Shown in pieces: positions 62,301-64,000 of a stretch of DNA of 64,000 bases. Position 1 is the first letter of the stretch. Every line of letters begins with the position of its first letter. The stretch is taken from contig JAUCBJ010004767.1 of NCBI GenBank assembly GCA_032718475.1, forward strand, positions 1-64,000. Reading direction: 5' to 3'. The translations under genes and the position numbers were made by a program. Under the pieces are notes generated by a model, which searched no databases, was not told the DNA's origin, and was given only the letters and a program-made list of their open reading frames with translations. The stretch is from Nemertoderma westbladi. Lineage: Eukaryota > Animalia > Xenacoelomorpha.

Positions 62301-62669
62301 AAGAAGATAGTTCGCTATCATATCCCAATCGACACATCCATCTCTCGTCGAATCTATTTTGTCAAACAAATCGGCGTACTGTGATTGGCTGCCTTTCTTG
62401 AGTACGATGCTTAGCACCATAGCGAATTGTTCGCGATCCACAGACAGCCGGTCATTATAACCGCAGCCCTCCTCCCAAAACGTGTCTTTGATTAATTCCA
62501 GGTCCCCCAAGTCCATTAAATTCTCCACTGTCTTTTCATGGTAACGTCGCGTTGCAGTTGCTGTGGTAATCGAAGATGTATGATGAGCTGACATTGAGCC
62601 CAACCCTGCAGCAGCACTTGTAGTCTTGGACTTGACAGATGATTGGTTGCGACTTCCATCCGTTGCCAT
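59376..62669 (-). CDS. EF-hand + WD40 repeat protein, WDR49-like (ciliary), single-exon ORF
   Basis: LFDKIDSTRDGCVDWD EF-hand, then many WD repeats (LWNPY..VGVLRGH, VRVWDI, GTVKAWN, GEIVVWN, GTFGQ). 1097 aa with no interruption. Confidence 0.85.
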   Translation of the reverse strand: MATDGSRNQSSVKSKTTSAAAGLGSMSAHHTSSITTATATRRYHEKTVENLMDLGDLELIKDTFWEEGCGYNDRLSVDREQFAMVLSIVLKKGSQSQYADLFDKIDSTRDGCVDWDMIANYLLLEFYGKDDRKRSTQIPKWQTTRFLQTPHHDVIQRVLFSKNLNRYIALSREGTIGMWDTRHCRLQRTIKITSDFVKPKDLWATDMAILKNVNKMAVGFNSKEIAIYDLSSKLDFNCQYRVTNLPACPLCLDYWYNETRPNEAVLSFGDTQGNVHSMFFILATIALFEKPNTVTAGSSEAEEQTVSVKLEDLIRGKDKNVTVGSHAEHKDWVRQVLYSPTLECIISSCTKDAGAMVLAWQGRKKGKLKTTSFSIFEGINAFDYDDKMNIIATAGVNKNVCLWNPYVISKSVGVLRGHMTSILQVQFNKPKGHLLSISKDNVVRVWDIQQQICLQRLAGMFPKKPDDMQVCLYFHEEQRRMFATFNYQLTLTQMLPDSEFRVNSHDKPIQCAIYNRTFNQIITADQSGEVSFWMLDTGQKAKKFNNCHGKADITNLALGQSETTLYTASTDGTVKAWNLNGGCFMVMKAEEGNPAELLQVLTLKRSVLAVGWRKTICAFETVAETKTELLPYPWKGGEEHNEDILCAAFSGPITLATGGYDGEIVVWNVNSEHATKHLTKRMKPKAKDSNGKSRGQSRMSIVSLDGRRNSSPDDTNDFAYAITNMLFLETRKYDKSMANLVTCGGNGWVRFWNTNAKSLDGEWIAHPDVTSIIMAVDDLNHNLITADVDGYIKVWNISEYCITDNQELAKEAPPLVIGWWAHSDTITSILTFVRNHRHLVITCGMDQTCQVWGIEGSHIGTFGQEDLWRIEPYVPPPTPPDAIEEESEDDDVEGVKEGYDNEYVIPDNQVYIPGYKHNTWEKTKLGMEYAVIRVDKRERQQPGYIKDMPYLHWEETGQPPGGPYASVDVHPLEEPVAPEKPGFVTNPYQYFRKPEDDWKYGEPKTGPIVPFDERNLFPRYILEREAKMREKHKEELRELSSAMEKKGSTYKGSSSRSLMTSRRIGRVSQTRLNSSSSSATGTGTTLTRKLSSQVGAN

Positions 62670-63286
62670 GGTTTTGATAATTATATTATTATATTAGTCA
62701 ATAGACCAGTGTATCTATGTAATTATAACACCTAACACTTCAGTTTAACTACACACAACACGTAATTGATGGCACGCAGACAGCACAAGATTCTATCTCA
62801 GGGACAGAGATACTAAAAAGTAAAGTATTGATGAACGTGAAAAAGATACAAGGGAGGCAACCCGAACGCTCTCTTGGCTGTTACCTTTGAGGCACAAAGA
62901 GCAACACGCTAACACCCAAGGAGCCAAGGTTAAATATTCGTAACCATCTAACCATTTCCTTTACTCTCACAGCATAAGCCATGTTCCCATATACTGTACC
63001 ACTGGGTGGGCGCATCTAATTACAACACAGGTATAAAAGTGAAACATGATACGTTTTGAGGTGTTACAAGTGACCAGGATACGATATTATCTAATACCAG
63101 TCTACTTCAGTTGTAACTCGACTCAATACAATTTTAACACAGTTTTAAGACTAACTCGGCTAATTAAATATGAATGTTCCGAAATGATCACAACTATAGG
63201 GTGTAAATGTATTAAATCAAACCAATTTGACACTTTAAACTTACAACACAATACAGGGTAATATCGCACAGGTATTGAGTGAATTG

Positions 63287-63299
63287 GTTGCTAAGTAAC
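63287..63299. promoter_or_regulatory. RFX X-box candidate in the divergent promoter
   Basis: GTTGCTAAGTAAC fits GTNRCY-N(0-3)-RGYAAC and sits inside the palindrome ATTGGTTGCTAAGTAACCAAT. Confidence 0.55.
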
Positions 63300-63572
63300 C
63301 AATAAACAATCATTCACGTAATACATCAATCATCGGATACGAAGTTGTGGCACGCTGGCACAAGATGAATGATATTAATAATTAATTTCCTTCCATATTG
63401 TAATATCAGAATCAGTAATTATTATAAATTTTGTTCTTGAAGCTAAAACAGAAATAGTAGGTTTTTGTATTTGTTGTTTGTATTTGGCATACGTTTGACT
63501 ATTTAACGAAATTAAAATTTTGTGCAGCGTAATCCTGTCCTGCTTAATACTTTGCACCAAGGTAAATTTATC

Positions 63573-64000
63573 ATGGATACAGGAAACGAATCATCACCCC
63601 AACACATAGTTATAGAACTTAAGGCACCACCTCCGTCGGATATATCGGGACCTACGGTGCTTCCTAGCGGACGTAATGCGACCCATACGCGGGCGGTGCG
63701 AGCCATAGAGGAATGGTGGGGCGCCCAGAGAGACAGGGCGTTATTTTTACTGATGAAACGAGCGTTACGGGCTGCCGAACAATCCCTTGCTAAGGACATC
63801 CTACGTCGGGTGTGTCCAAACGAAGCCGCCATCGCTACAGATCCTGCGATTAATGCCAGAATCAGATTCCGTTTCGGTGGCCCTGAATTTCCTCCTTTGA
63901 TTCTTTACAAGATTGTGTCCGGCCGTCCGTCCGTTTATATGACAGGTCGGGAATCCATTCAATCGTCTACAAAGGCGGCCCGGCAGTCGTTAGGGCAGAT
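63573..64000 (+). CDS. CXorf58-like protein, 5' part, running off the window (not in the ORF track)
   Basis: Hand translation MDTGNESS...RAVRAIEEWW..RDRALFLLMKRALRAAEQSLAKDILRRVCPNEAAIATDPAINARIRFRFGGPEFPPLILYKI. The RFRFGGxxFPPxIxYKI motif matches my recollection of the CXorf58 family. Confidence 0.7.
   Translation, partial: MDTGNESSPQHIVIELKAPPPSDISGPTVLPSGRNATHTRAVRAIEEWWGAQRDRALFLLMKRALRAAEQSLAKDILRRVCPNEAAIATDPAINARIRFRFGGPEFPPLILYKIVSGRPSVYMTGRESIQSSTKAARQSLGQ

Noticed and set aside
59380-62384. Short + strand ORFs opposite the WD40 gene, and similar antisense ORFs over ABI and pol
   Set aside because: Shadow ORFs of long coding sequences, with no motifs of their own.

Overview
Animal (invertebrate-type) nuclear DNA, not prokaryotic. 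Bases 1-53,000 are a nest of transposons: an intron-containing Mutator (MULE) transposase pseudogene, a 3'-truncated CR1-type LINE, several MITEs, a tRNA-derived SINE and three Bel/Pao LTR retrotransposons. Element A (about 9937-35659, + strand) is 5'-truncated and encodes Gag-protease only. Element B (15264-31722, - strand) is inserted inside A, has a full but disrupted gag-pol, and carries an extra zinc-knuckle ORF. Element C (37382-49053, + strand) is an intact-ended relative of A. The last 10.5 kb hold three apparently intronless host genes: ABI, a WDR49-like EF-hand/WD40 gene and a CXorf58-like gene. Main finding: neither B nor C has a tRNA primer-binding site. In each, the 11 nt directly after the 5' LTR are the exact reverse complement of an 11-mer inside its own LTR, with a different sequence in each family, and the site is flanked by U5-leader stems. 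This points to tRNA-independent self-priming in Bel/Pao elements. Element B also carries a palindromic 20-mer repeated nine times at domain boundaries in different reading frames, and non-canonical TA...TA ends. All alignments and translations beyond the ORF track were done by eye.
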